This document shows, in pieces, positions 12,576 to 25,700 of a DNA stretch of 64,000 nt. The stretch spans positions 186,001-250,000 of the forward strand of contig NIVC01000293.1 in assembly GCA_002269645.1 (NCBI GenBank), in the 5' to 3' direction. How positions within the stretch are numbered: position 1 is the first letter of the stretch; the number at the start of each line of letters is the position of its first letter. This DNA is from Macrostomum lignano. Its lineage: Eukaryota. The translations under genes were made by a program, and so were the position numbers. Below the pieces are notes generated by a model that was given only the letters and a program-made list of their open reading frames with translations, did no database searches and was not told the DNA's origin.

Positions 12576-13321
12576 CATGCGACTGATGATAGATGACAGT
12601 CTATAACAAATCGGGCTCGCGAAAATTTATAGAAAACGTGTTAAATTTGATGTGTCACAAAATTTGATATTTTTTGTTTCTAATTTTAATTTTATTACTT
12701 TGTATGAAATTTGTAAATCGCTGGCCCACAAATTCAAGCTAAACTTTCTGACGATGCTACTGATACTAAATATAATAGTAGCATTGTAAATACATTCAAA
12801 ACTGTATTCCTCATAAAAAATCTTGCAAAACTATCGGCTTTGCTCGCCCAGCCTTTTCAAACCTTTATCTTCGAGTTTGAAACAAAACGCAAGTGCCAAC
12901 GGAGTACTATCTAAGTTTGAGTATACTAAACCAAAGTTCTCCACAATCTTACTCAAAATACGCGGCCACTAGCTTGAGCATTGCTCAAGTAAAAAAATAG
13001 AAAGTCAAATCGAAGCGAGTGTGTGCTTCTATTAAATTAATGCAATTCCAACCAACTATATGCGACATTTATCGAGCAAAAGAACTGCAGAATTTCCAAA
13101 CACCAATATTTTCACAAATAAGAAATAATTCATTGCGCCATTCAGCATTGAAGCGAATAGATAGATTGGTTATAATGTGATAAAACAATGAAAAAAGGTA
13201 TTATGAAGCGAAATAGACTTGATCAGTTACTCGGGAGAACTACAATACAGATAGTATGAAGGCCACGGTTAATGTGCGGTCAAGATATTGAATTCGCAAT
13301 CCGTAAAGATTGATTACTGAC

Positions 13322-14707
13322 TCAAGCGGTCTCAGTAACGGCCTGAGCAGCAGCAACTAGATCAGCCTCCTTCTTGGTTTCCTGATGATGCTGACAGCAG
13401 GCCATCTTCAGCTTGCCTTTTATACCACGGACCAGATCCTCCTCCTCAGTGGTGGTCTCGTGCGCGTGCTGCACCAGCATCTCGTTGCCGCGGGTGACGC
13501 CCCAGTTGTCCGGCTTGCTCATGGCGGACGAGTACGGCCGACCGCTGGCCGGGTTGAGGTTCTCCCAGTACTCGCGGTTGGCCCGGGCTCGAACCCACGG
13601 CTTCGTGTGCATCTTGAGGCCGCCGCCCCAGACAACGTGCTTCTCAGAGCCGGCTGGGAATCGCCCCCGCTCGGCGGCGAGCTCCTCTGCGACGGCGCGG
13701 ATGTGGTAGGGCTCGAAGCCGCAGCAGCCGCCGATGAAGCGGACGCCAAGGTCGTAGGCCTCCCTGGCGTAGCGGTGCATGTCCCAGCGGTTGCAGATCC
13801 TACTCTCCAGAGCGAATGGGAACTCGGGCAGGTCGATGAAGCCCTGCTTCCCAGCATCCGGAGTCATGTAGGCCAACGGCTGGCACATCAGGTAGGCCTT
13901 GAGATTCTCGCGTTCCAGAGCTTCTTTCATCAGCTTGATCGCTTCCAGGCTGACGAACGGATCGTAGTGGCAGTTGACGCCAACGATTTTGGCTCCAGCG
14001 CGAGCCATACGGATGGCGCAGTCGCCCGCGGAGTTGCCGTGCATGTCGCCCTGCGGCCCGATGCACATGCTGCAGGCCACGGGCAGTCCGGTCTCCAGCC
14101 CGACCTCAATGGCCCACTCCGCCTCTTCGACGTGCTCAAAGTACTCACACAGAATGAAGTCGACACCTTCGTCTTTGAAAGCGCCCATCTGGCCTCGGAA
14201 AATCTCCTTGGTGTCCTCCTTGCTGGCGCCGCTCAGGTAAGTCGGGGTCTGGCAGACACCGCCGAGGAACAGGGCACCGCCCTCCTGGGCCACCTCGCGG
14301 GCCACCCGACAAGCGGCAGCGTTGATGTTTGTGCACTGGCAAAATTAAAAATGAAATTTCGGTATTCCAACGCTCACGAGAGGATTGCTGAGATGCCAAG
14401 GTTCAAGTGGGATGCTGGTGTCTTCTGCACTTACCCCGTACTTCTGCGATGCAGTGTTGCCCCGATTAGAAAGCTTGTCATCGCTGGCGTAGAAGGTGAA
14501 CGCCTGCATCACATCAGAGCCGGCTCTGAGAAACTCGCGATGAAGCTGACGCACAGCTTCCGGATGCTCGACAACCGCTTCCGGTGTCCACGGCCCCGCT
14601 TTGACGTAGCCGCGCTTCTCCAGGGCGAACACGAAGCCGCCGTCTCCGATGACAACCTCGCCGTTGTCAAGCCGCTCCATAATGCCGCGTCGCTCGATGG
14701 TGCCCAT
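13322..14707 (-). CDS. BHMT: Betaine-homocysteine S-methyltransferase, copy 1 (428 aa). Exons 14435..14707 and 13322..14335
   Basis: Motifs [46 protein letters not shown] and [11 protein letters not shown] (Zn-binding Cys triad), WENL.PASGRP. One 99-nt GT-AG phase-0 intron. Confidence 0.97.
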
Positions 14708-14815
14708 GGCTGCCGTTGGTAGAATTCCGCTAGAGAATGCTTCGTGGAAATGGGAAATTGCTTCTTCTTTCCAAGTTTTTGGTTATGGAATTTTTAGAGC
14801 GCGTTGGAATTTTCC

Positions 14816-14823
14816 TATTTATA
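14816..14823 (-). promoter_or_regulatory. TATA box (TATAAATA) upstream of BHMT copy 1
   Basis: Exact TATAAATA on the minus strand about 110 bp upstream of the ATG. An equivalent element precedes the other two BHMT starts. Confidence 0.6.
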
Positions 14824-14879
14824 GACGCGGTCATTTCCGGTGACCTTGGCGGCTGGGGGTGGGGAAACCCCCGATTAAA

Positions 14880-14931
14880 AGCCGGTTTTTGCCGAAACCG
14901 GTCCTGTGACTTTCCAGACCGGCAACCGGTT
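14880..14931. promoter_or_regulatory. Cluster of Grainyhead/CP2-like motifs (AGCCGGTT, AACCGGTC, AACCGGTT)
   Basis: Three matches or near matches to AACCGGTT within 52 bp, just upstream of the BHMT1 TATA box. Confidence 0.45.
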
Positions 14932-15090
14932 TTGCCTTTCCAGGACGATCTGATAATTATTGCGAAATCGCGTGCACCAAGGTCGCAGATGCGTTTCTGT
15001 TTTTGTCACACCGCCCGGTTGGGTTGGGCAGGCGTTCTGGATTGGCCAGCTATTTCTATTGAGAAAAGGCTCAGGCGGAGAGGTCACGAG

Positions 15091-15211
15091 AGTCACGTGA
15101 CTGCAAGAGGCAGCTAAAATCGAGGGGTGGAGCTCGGAAGAGGCAAAACTTGAAGTTGCAAATAAAGTTCTGTCGGATTGTTAATTCAGACAGTAGAAAA
15201 TGTCACGTGAC
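15091..15211. promoter_or_regulatory. Two perfect GTCACGTGAC palindromes (CLEAR/E-box type) at 15092-15101 and 15202-15211
   Basis: Seen directly. GTCACGTGAC is the established TFEB/MITF/USF-class bHLH-ZIP consensus. Confidence 0.45.
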
Positions 15212-15705
15212 TTAATGTACGTTGAAATAGGCTACGCCCTTATCAGCATTTTCTTGTCTCTCGAACAGTAATTTAGTTTATTTGTCAACAAAGATAGTTA
15301 AACCTGGTTAGAACCAGTTAAAGCCACTTGTGTTCTCGCAATTACGAAACTTTTGCTAAGTTGGAATTTTCCTTAAAACATAAAATATCATTTTCATTCA
15401 ACTGGAAAATGTACCGAGGTTAGAAAATTCCGCTTCAATTGCTTTCTTCTATAGGAATTTTCTGCAGCCTTCATCTGAGCCTGTCCTGCAGCCAAGAGCC
15501 AAGAGGTCAAGATGCTTAATTGTTCGAAGATTAACAAATCTTTAGCTTGTGCGACTAAGGCTGGAAGATTAACATCTTCTTGGCCTGCATCTGTCAGGTG
15601 AGCATATTGAGAATTGTGAATTTCGATTTTATGCCTCTCTTTTAAAGTTTGTGTCATAAATTTGTAGTTAGGGTAGTGTGCAGCAGTGTGTTTCAGAGCC
15701 ACTCA

Positions 15706-16455
15706 TCACGGTGACCCCGTGATGGTGATCCGTCACGTTGACTCCCTCGCGGTGACTCAATCACAGTGGTTTTATCACGGGGACTCCCATCATGTTGACT
15801 CAATCACGGTGAGTCTATGATGTTGACCCATTCACGGTGACTCCATCACGGTGACTCCATCACGATGACTCCATCACGGTGACTCCATCACGATGACTCC
15901 ATCACGGTGACTCCATCACGGTGACTCCATCACGGTGACTCCATCACGGTGACTCCATCACGGTGACTCCATCACGGTGACTCCATCACGGTGACTCCAT
16001 CGCGGTGACTCCATCACGGTGACTCCATCACGGTGACTCCATCACGGTAACTCAATCAGGGTGACTTAATCACGGTGATTCCATCACGGGGACTCCCATC
16101 ACGTTGACTCAATCATGGTGATTCCATCACGGGGACTTCCGTCACGTTGACCCATTCACGGTGACTCCATCACCTTGACTCAATCACGGTGACTCATTCA
16201 CGGTGACTCCATCACCTTGACTCAATCACGGTGACTCATTCACGGTGACTCCATCACCTTGACTCAATCACGGTGACTCATTCACGGTGACTCCATCACC
16301 TTGACTCAATCACGGTGACTCAATCTCGGTGTTTCAATCACAGTGACTCAAAGATGTTGACCCATCACGGTGACTTCATCACGGTGACTCCATCACGGTG
16401 ACTTCATCACGGTGACTTCCATCACGGCGACTCCATCATTTTGACCCAATCACGG
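15706..16455. repeat. 14-bp minisatellite (CCATCACGGTGACT)
   Basis: Homogeneous core with degenerate flanks. Confidence 0.95.
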
Positions 16456-16739
16456 CACCTCAGCACTACTACATGAACCTGTAGTTTGAGATGAGAACCA
16501 TACACAATTCATTGAAATTTCTTTGCCTATCAATTTTAAGAACAGAAATTGAAAATGATTACAGGTGAAATATTCTTTTCAAAAGGTGAATTAGGTAAAC
16601 AGAGACGCCACCTCATTCTGTTTGGCGCCTTCCATTTCAGCCTGTTTACAATGCATTGAGTCATTCGGTGCCCCTTGAGTCATTTGGCGCTTTTAGGGGT
16701 TGGCGTCCCCAATGAATCCGCCATTTGGCGCCCCCCATC

Positions 16740-17845
16740 GAATATATTTGGCGCCGATATTACGTCTATTTGGCGCCCCATTGAATCAATTTGGTGCTCC
16801 CATTGAATCTATTTGACGCCCCCATTGAGTCAATTTGGCGCCCCCATTGAATCTATTTGGCGCCCCCATTGAGTCAATTTGGCGCCCCCATTGAATCTAT
16901 TTGGCGCCCCCATTGAGTCAATTTGGCGCCCCTATTGGATCTATTTGACACCCCATTGGATCAATCTGGTGCCCCTATTCTATTTGACGCCCCCATTGGA
17001 TCTATTTGGCGCCCCCATTGGATCTATTTGGCGCCCCTATTGGATCTATTTGGCGCCCCTATTGGATCTATTTGGCGCCCCTATTGGATCTATTTGGCGC
17101 CCCCATTGAGTCAATTTGGCGCCCCTATTGGATCTATTTGGCGCCCCCATTGGATCTATTTGGCGCCCCCATTGGATCTATTTGGCGCCCCTATTGGATC
17201 TACTTGGCGCCCCCATTGGATCTATTTGGCGCCCCCATTGGATCTATTTGGCGCCCCCATTGAGTCAATTTGGCGCCCCTATTGGATCTGTTTATTGGCG
17301 CCCCTATTGGATCTATTTGGCGCCCCTATTGGATCTGTTTATTGGCGCCCCTATTGGATCTATTTGGCGCCCCTATTGGATCTACTTGGCGCCCCCATTG
17401 GATCTATTTGGCGCCACCATTTGATCTATTTGGCGCCCCCATTGGATCTATTTGGCGCCCCTATTGAATTTATTTGGCGCCCCTATTGGATCTATTTGGC
17501 GCCCCTATTGGATCTTTTTGGCGCCCCTATCGGATCTATTTGGCGCCCCTATTGGATCTATTTGGCGCCCCTATTGGATCTATTTGGCGCCCCTATTGGA
17601 TCTTTTTGGCGCCCCTATTGGATCTGTTTATTGGCGCCCCTATTGGATCTATTTGGCGCCCCTATCGGATCTATTTGGCGCCCCCATTGGATCTATTTGG
17701 CGCCCCTATTGGATCTATTTGACGCCCCCATTGGATCTATTTGGCGCCCCTATTGGATCAATTTGGCGCCCCTATTGGATCAATTTGGTGCCCCTATTGG
17801 ATCTATTTTGGCGCCCCCATTGAATCAATTTGGCGCCCCCATTAA
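16740..17845. repeat. 22-bp minisatellite (ATTTGGCGCCCC[C/T]ATTGGATCT)
   Basis: Visible period of about 22 bp. Accounts for the ORFs at 16879-17885. Confidence 0.96.
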
Positions 17846-18323
17846 ATCTATTTTAAGCGCGCAAATTTCGGTTATTGCATGCTGATTCAGGTCTGAACTT
17901 CACATAAACATAAACTTGGTCACCGTCACAATCTTGAATATGCTTGAAATTATAAAAGCGATATTTTTCCAGGCACATATGTTAGTGTTTACACCCAGCT
18001 GTGCAACAGGCTGTGCGTGTGCGTCTGTTGACAAAGCCCGCGCATGAGCTGCGCTTGTTATGAACTTTTCGGGTGCAATCCGTATTTTCCCTTGTTTCTA
18101 TTTTTAAGTTCTAATAGAAAAATGGCATATACTGTTTTCTCAAGTATGGTTAGTCTCACTTTCCTAGAGTGACTCACATTTAACCTTGGCGAGCAACTTC
18201 ATTTAAACAAGATTTAATAACTTTGCCATCACGGCTATAATTTTTGTTTTGGTTCTATCAAGTTCTGTCCAGTTTGTTCAAGTTTACTTGAACCGAAATG
18301 ACTGAATGAGTAAACACACGGAA

Positions 18324-18341
18324 AACCGGTTTAAACCGGTT
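18324..18341. promoter_or_regulatory. 18-bp palindrome AACCGGTTTAAACCGGTT (double Grainyhead-like site) upstream of DMGDH
   Basis: Identical to the palindrome at 35342-35359. Confidence 0.5.
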
Positions 18342-18679
18342 CTTCTGCTGTCTGCCGCAGCCAACTCTTGCCCCCGTCTAGTGGGCTGCTGACTTGTACA
18401 GGTTTGAGATTAGTCAGAGTGGCCTTGAAGTTCTGGGGGGTGTGAACGCGCAGGTCATGTGATCTGTCGTTTTTTGCTTTCTTCAGAATACTACTGTGTA
18501 ATCTAGGTAAAAGTAGTATAGTGCTTGAAATCCAAATATTTTAAGCTATTTTTTATTTCTTCTCTTAGTTTCTCCTGTAGCTCAATTTGGCATACCTACT
18601 CAAGGCTGCAAGTGTTGAGTAAAAAATTTGTGTTGAGTAGTGTTAAGTAAAAATAATAAGTGTAAAATTTATAGCCTGT

Positions 18680-19530
18680 GCTCAGTCTCAGTCATAGATT
18701 GTTTACAGTCTCAGTCATAGACTGTGTACAGTCTCAGTCATAGATTGTGTACAGTCTCAGTCATAGACTGTGTACAGTCTCAGTCATAGATTGTGTACAG
18801 TCTGAGTCATAGATTGTGTACAGTCTCAGTCATAGATTGTGTACATTCTCAGTCATAGATTGTGTACATTCTCAGTCATAGATTGTGTACATTCTCAGTC
18901 ATAGATTGTGTACATTCTCAGTCATAGATTGTGTACATTCTCAGTCATAGATTGTGTACAACAGTCTCAGTCATAGATTGTGTACAACACTCTCAGTCAT
19001 AGATTGTGTACAACAGTCTCAGTCATAGATTTTGTACATTCTCAGTCATAGATTGTGTACAACAGTCTCAGTCATAGATTGTGTACATTCTCAGTCATGG
19101 ATTGTGTACAACAGTCTCAGTCATAGATTGTGTACATTCTGAGTCATAGATTGTTTACAGTCTCAGTCATAGATTTTGTACATTCTGAGTCATAGATTGT
19201 TTACAGTCTCAGTCATAGATTGTGTACATTCTGAGTCATAGATTGTTTACAGTCTCAGTCATAGATTGTGTACATTCTCAGTCATAGATTGTGTACAACA
19301 GTCTCAGTCATAGATTGTGTACAACACTCTCAGTCATAGATTGTGTACAACAGTCTCAGTCATAGATTTTGTACATTCTCAGTCATAGATTGTGTACATT
19401 CTCAGTCATAGATTGTGTACATTCTCAGTCATAGATTGTGTACAACAGTCTCAGTCATAGATTGTGTACAACAGTCTCAGTCATAGATTGATTGTGTACA
19501 ACAGTCTCATTCATAGATTGTGTACAATCT
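18680..19530. repeat. 23/26-bp minisatellite (CAGTCTCAGTCATAGATTGTGTA)
   Basis: Visible tandem array upstream of the DMGDH coding start, possibly inside a 5'-UTR intron. Confidence 0.96.
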
Positions 19531-19588
19531 CAGCAGCCCATTCAGACGTATTGCAATTGAAACACCCATAAAAGAACCAACTCCCATA

Positions 19589-19740
19589 GTCAGGTCCGCA
19601 GTTCACCCTGTGTGAGCGTGTGTGTATGAGTGCGTACCTGCGTACAGTACTGATGCTTGTCTGTGATCAGGAGTCATAGCGGAATGTACAGAATTGCAGT
19701 CAGCACTGGTCGTGGGACGATGTCACGGCAGGGTGTAAAG
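19589..19740 (+). mobile_element. Diverged 3' fragment of the SINE family seen at 24126 and 62966
   Basis: Shares CAGG(T/G)CCGC..CAC.C.TGTGTGAG, GGAGTC..GCGGAATG and CAGGGTG blocks in the same order, aligned by eye only. Confidence 0.4.
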
Positions 19741-19748
19741 AATATTTA

Positions 19749-22700
19749 ATGGAAATGTTCATTCTCAGTAGTGTCAAAAGCATCAGTTGTTCTACATTAT
19801 CCTACCCTCGCAGGGCTGTCTCGTCTTCCACAGAGCAGCAGCGCCAGCATCCTCTGTCCAAGCGATCGAGCAATGAAGCCGAAGTTGTAATCATTGGCGG
19901 TGGCATTGTGGGCGTCAGCACTGCTTACCATTTGGCTAAGGCCGGAGTTAAGGATGTTGTTCTGTTGGAGAAATCTGAACTTACCGCCGGTTCTACTTGG
20001 CACGCTGTGAGTAGCGTGTTTAGCGTATCGTCGATAAAATTGCTGACAAAATGTTAAATAAAATATTGAATTTTTGTTACTTTTATCTCTGTGAATTATT
20101 TTACTTCAAAAAACGACAGTTATGTTGATTTTATCTCGCAGTTAAGTGTTCCATTCCTTTGTAACAGTTCAGTGCCATTCCTTTGTAACAGTTCAGTGCC
20201 ATTCCTGTGTAACAGTTCAGTGCCATTCCTGTGTAACAGTTCAGTGCCATTCCTGTGTAACAGTTCAGTGCCATTCCTGTCTGACAGTTCAGTGCCATTC
20301 CTGTGTAACAGTTCAGTGCCATTCCTGTGTAACAGTTCAATGCCATTCCTGTGTAACAGTTCAGTGCCATTCCTGTGTAACAGTACAGTGCCATTCCTGT
20401 CTGACAGTTCAGTGCCATTCCTGTGTAACAGTTCAGTGCCATTCCTGTGTAACAGTTCAGTGCCATTTCTGTGTAACAGTTCAGTGCCATTCCTTTGTAA
20501 CAGTTCATTGCCATTCCTGTGTAACAGTTCAGTGCCATTCCTGTGTAACAGTTCAGTGCCATTCCTGTGTAACAGTTCAGTGCCATTCCTGTGTAACAGT
20601 TCAGTGCCATTCCTGTCTGACAGTTCAGTGCCATTCCTGTGTAACAGTTCAGTGCCATTCCTGTCTGACAGTTCAGTGCCATTCCTGTGTAACAGTTCAG
20701 TGCCATTCCTGTGTAACAGTTCAGTGCTATTCCTGTGTAACAGTTCAGTGACATTCCTGTCTAACAGTTCAGTGCCATTCCTTTGTAACAGTTCAGTGCC
20801 ATTCCTGTGTAACAGTTCAGTGCCATTCCTTTGTAACAGTTCAGTGCCATTCCTGTGTAACAGTTCAGTGCCATTCCTTTGTAACAGTTCAGTGCCATTC
20901 CTTTGTAACAGTTCAGTGCCATTTCTGTGTAACAGTTCAGTGCCATTCCTTTGTAACAGTTCAGTGCCATTCCTGTGTAACAGTTCAGTGCCATTCCTTT
21001 GTAACAGTTCAGTGCCATTCCTGTGTAACAGTTCAGTGCCATTCCTGTGTAACAGTTCAGTGCCATTCCTGTGTAACAGTTCAGTGACATTCCTGTCTAA
21101 CAGTTCAGTGCCATTCCTGTGTAACAGTTCAGTGCCATTTCTGTGTAACAGTTCAGTGCCATTCCTGTGTAACAGTTCAGTGCCATTCCTGTGTAACAGT
21201 TCAGTGCCATTCCTGTGTAACAGTTCAGTGCCATTCCTGTGTAACAGTTCAGTGACATTCCTGTCTGACAGTTCAGTGCCATTCCTGTGTAACAGTTCAG
21301 TGCCATTCCTGTGTAACAGTTCAGTGCCATTCCTGTGTAACAGTTCAGTGCCATTCCTGTGTAACAGTTCAGTGCCATTCCTGTCTGACAGTTCAGTGCC
21401 ATTCCTGTCTGACAGTTCAGTGCCATTCCTGTGTAACAGTTCAGTGCCATTCCTGTCTGACAGTTCAGTGCCATTCCTGTGTAACAGTTCAGTGCCATTC
21501 CTGTCTGACAGTTCAGTGCCATTCCTGTGTAACAGTTCAGTGCCATTCCTGTCTGACAGTTCAGTGCCATTTCTGTGTAACAGTTCAGTGCCATTCCTGT
21601 CTGACAGTTCAGTGCCATTCCTGTCTAACACACAGAAAATGTTCTATAAAAACTGTGTCCCCACACGCAGGCCGGCCTCACCACATTCTTCCACCCGGGC
21701 ATTAACGTGCGCCGCGTCCATTACTACAGCATGCAACTGTACTCTCAGCTCGAGGCGGAGACTGACCAACCAGTGGGTCTGCACACTCCAGGCTCCCTGC
21801 GCCTCATCACTACACCGACTCGCATGGACGAGGCCCGATATCAGATGTCCAGGGCAGCCTGGTGCCAAGCCGAACAGCACCTAGTTGGACCGGAGAAATG
21901 CTTGGAATTGTGTCCACTGCTCAACATGAGCACAGTGCTGGGTGGGATCTACAACCCTGGAGATGGTCACATCGATCCCTACTCGGTCACAATGGCGCTA
22001 GCCGCCGGGGCGCGTAAGTATGGCGCCGAGCTGTACCAGAACAGCCAGGTACGCGCCACAAGTCAGGACTCAAAAGGTATCTGGACAATAGTGACTGATC
22101 ACGGCGAACTCAAATCCAAGCATCTGGTCAACGCGGCTGGATTTCACGCTCGTGACGTTGGAAAACTGTCGGGATTGGACCTGCCAATCATTCCGGTGCA
22201 TCATCAGTACGTCATCACCAAAGCTGTGCCTGAGGTGGTCGAACTGAAGCGAGAGCTTCCTGTACTGCGTGACTTGGAAGCCTCCTACTATCTTCGCCAG
22301 GAGAAGCAGGGCCTCTTAGTTGGGCCGTACGAGTCTGCGGAGAACATGATGCTCTGCACTGACTGGTACGATAACGGGGTGCCGGACTCGTTCGGTAGGG
22401 AGCTGTTTGAGCCGGACCTTGGCCGAATCATGCCTCACCTGGAGCGCGCCATGGAGATGGTGCCGGCGATGCAGAACGCCGAGATTCAATCCGTCATATC
22501 CGGGCCGATCACCTACAATGCGGAGAATGCCGGACTGATTGGCCCGGTGGAGGGGCCGCTGAATTATTGGTTGCTAGGCGGCCTTGGTTACGGCATAATC
22601 CACGGTGGCGGCGTTGGCAAATACGTGGCGGACTGGATTCGTACTGGCGAACCGCCGTACGATTTGATTGAGCTGGACGCTAACAGGTATGGCAGAGTTT

Positions 22701-25700
22701 GGGGTCGGCAATTGCATGTTTAGACTGGGGAAACTGTGTGTTGAGATTGGGCAACCGTATCTTTGGAGTGTGGGTCAACCGTGTGTTTAAATTGGGCAAC
22801 CGTGTCTTTGGAGTGTGGGTCAACCGTGTGTTTAAATTGGGCAACCGTGTCTTTGAATTTTGGGTCAACCGTGTCTTTGAATTTTGGGTCAACCGTGTCT
22901 TTGGACTGGGGCAACCGTGTCTTTGGACTGGGGCAATCGTGTGTTTAGAATGGGGCAATCGTGTGTTTAGACTGGGGAACCGTGTCTTTGGAGTGTGGGT
23001 CAACCGTGTCTTTGGAGTGGGGCAACCGTGTGTTTAAATTGGGCAACCGTATCTTTGGAGTAGGGCAACCGTATCTTTGGATTTTGGGTCAACCGTGTCT
23101 TTAGACTGGGAAACCGTGTGTTTAGACTGGGAAACCGTGTGTTTAGACTGGGGAACCATGTGTTTAGACTGGGAAACCGTGTGTTTAGATTGGGGCAACC
23201 GTTTCTTTGGAGTGGGACAATTTAAAAGTCAGGGCCGCTATACGTACACCTTGTGTGACCGCTTACCTTTATACGCATCCGTGTGCGTGCTCCGGGATGA
23301 GCGGATCGATCGTCGAGCTGCTTGACTTTTCGCTTTTGCCCCAAAGCGAGCCAACTACCCATCCGACAGGTACGGCTGGTGGGCCGACCGGAGCTACACG
23401 CACGCGAAGAGCCGCGAGACCTACGGGCTGAATAACGCTGTCGGCTATCCCAAGGAGGAGCGATTCGCCGGCAGGCCAACGAAACGCGCTGCTCAGACCA
23501 GCGCCCTGTACGACGAGTTGAAATCGGCCGGTGCCGAGTTTGGCTTTCACAACGGCTGGGAGCAGCCGCACTGGTTCGGCTTGACCGAGGAGGAGCGACG
23601 CTACGAGCCTTCTTTCCGACGAGGGAACTGGTTCCCAGCGATGCAGCGGGAATGCGAAGGAGTGCTGAACCGGGCTGGCGTTATGGATATTACGCCATTT
23701 TCAAAGTTCGAGATTTCTGGTATGTGGCGTTAGGGTTTGAACTAGTGACACTCTGAATCTGCTAATGTGTCACTCTGAATCTGCCAATGTGTCACTCTGA
23801 ATCTGCCAATGTGTCACTCTGAATCAGCCAATGTGTCACTCTGAATCTGCCAATGTGTCACTCTGAATCAGCCAATGTGTCACTCTGAATCAGCCAATGT
23901 GTCACTCTGAATCTGCCAATGTGTCACTTTGAATCAGCCAATGTGTCACTCTGAATCAGCCAATGTGTCACTCTGAATCAGCCAATGTGTCACTCTGAAT
24001 CAGCCAATGTGTGACTCTGAATCAGCCAATGCGTCACTCTGCATCTGTCAATGTGTCACTCTGAATCAGCCAATGTGTCACTCTAAATCTATCATTGTCA
24101 CTCTGAATGTCTGAATGTCACTCGTTAGATGCAGGAGGCCGTGTGCACCCTGGCGCACCTTAAGCGACATTGTCACACAACCGGCCAGAGACATTGCTGC
24201 CCGTTTCGCCGACTCCCCTAAGCAGACACACAAGCGCGCGGATACGTACGCAGTCATACGCACAGGCACACACTCACACAGGAGTTTACAGCGGCCCTTT
24301 TATCGTTAGGCATGTACACTTCACCGTGCCTTGGGGGTTGGCCCTCAAAGGCGTTAATTGCACGAGCAGAGCCAAGCCGAGATTCCAATTCAGCCCTAAA
24401 TTAATTTGACTGCACTTGGAATCGAGCCTGGGCCGCTGGCACATCAGAGCGCCACGCTGGACCACTGGGCTCCGGCCTCAGTTCTGAATCTGACAGTTGT
24501 CCAATGGCCAGTCATTAGAATCCATAACCATAATCCAAGAAATATTGTTTTTCACTGGGTTTTCTCATTGCATTCAAAATATCAAGGTTTCCAAGCAGAA
24601 TGCATCCAACAAGACCAACCCTCAAAAATTCTCAACAAGGCCCTCGAGCCGGAGAATTCCTGGACCTGGTGACTGCAAACCGACTGCCCAAAGTGAACCG
24701 CACCTGCATCACGCACATGCTCACGCCAAGGGGCCGAGTGTTCTCTGAGATGACTCTGACTTGCTTGCCAGCCGATGATGGCCAACAGAAGTTCCGGGCC
24801 CTGACCGGTTCCGGCTCTGAGATGCACGACCTCATCTGGCTGAAGGACTGGCGACACAAACTCCGCTTCCAGGACGGCGTCAAGATCGACAACGTCACGG
24901 ATTCGATCGGCTGCCTGTCTGTAGCCGGTCCGCTGTCCCGTGAAATTCTTCAGTCGTTGACCTCGGAGAGCCTCGATGCGGGGTCTTATCCGTTTCTGCA
25001 GGCTAAGCAGCTGCAAATTGATGGAGTTGACTGCTTGGCCATCAGAATATCCTACACAGGAGAGCTGGGCTGGGAGCTCTACTGCGGGATCGGAGAGCTG
25101 CCCAGGCTGTACAAATCCATCTGGCGGTCTGGACAGCCGCTCGGTCTGGTGAACTTCGGCTCGTACGCGATGAACTCGCTCCGGCTGGAGAAAGGGTTCG
25201 CCATGTGGGGAGCCGAGATGAACTGCGACACTGGCCCATTGGAGGCTGGCCTCGGCGGCTTCATCAGGCTGGGAAAGTCTGCAGATTTTGTTGGGAAAGC
25301 TGCCGTGGCGGAGGCGAAGCTGAAACTGCAACAGGATGGAGCCCGCCAGTTGAGGATGCTGCGAGTTGACAGTGTTGACGTGGATCCTGAAGGCAACGAA
25401 TCCGTCTGGTTGGACGGCAAGGTGAGCAAACCGTACCTGGTTTTACTTATTTCATAGATTATCGAACAGTTTATAGTAAAATATGAAAGCGAGTTAACCT
25501 ACTCGCTTATAAAATTATTTTATAAAATCAAATAAAATCAAAATCATTATCCCTAAACAAACAAACAAGTATAATAGTTACAAAGAGATAAAAAGTAGGG
25601 TTTCCTGGGATGCTCAGAATCGTACGTTCGTTTGATGTGGCAATGATACAGTGGCATTGTTATTAACAGAGTACAGTGGTCTATTGTTCCATAGCTAACT

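Noticed and set aside
13385-14722. 445-aa plus-strand ORF
   Set aside because: Antisense shadow of GC-rich BHMT1, with no independent domain signal.
15394-15702. 102-aa minus-strand ORF between BHMT1 and DMGDH
   Set aside because: No recognisable motif, AT-rich and CpG-poor codons, GTG start. Possibly a decayed element fragment but unsupported.
20091-21884. Long Cys-rich ORFs with many NGT sequons
   Set aside because: Products of the 24-bp array in DMGDH intron 1.
24400-24479. tRNA-like sequences (also 5800-5843 and 62966-63040)
   Set aside because: No complete cloverleaf. They continue into shared SINE bodies, so they are called SINE heads, not tRNA genes.
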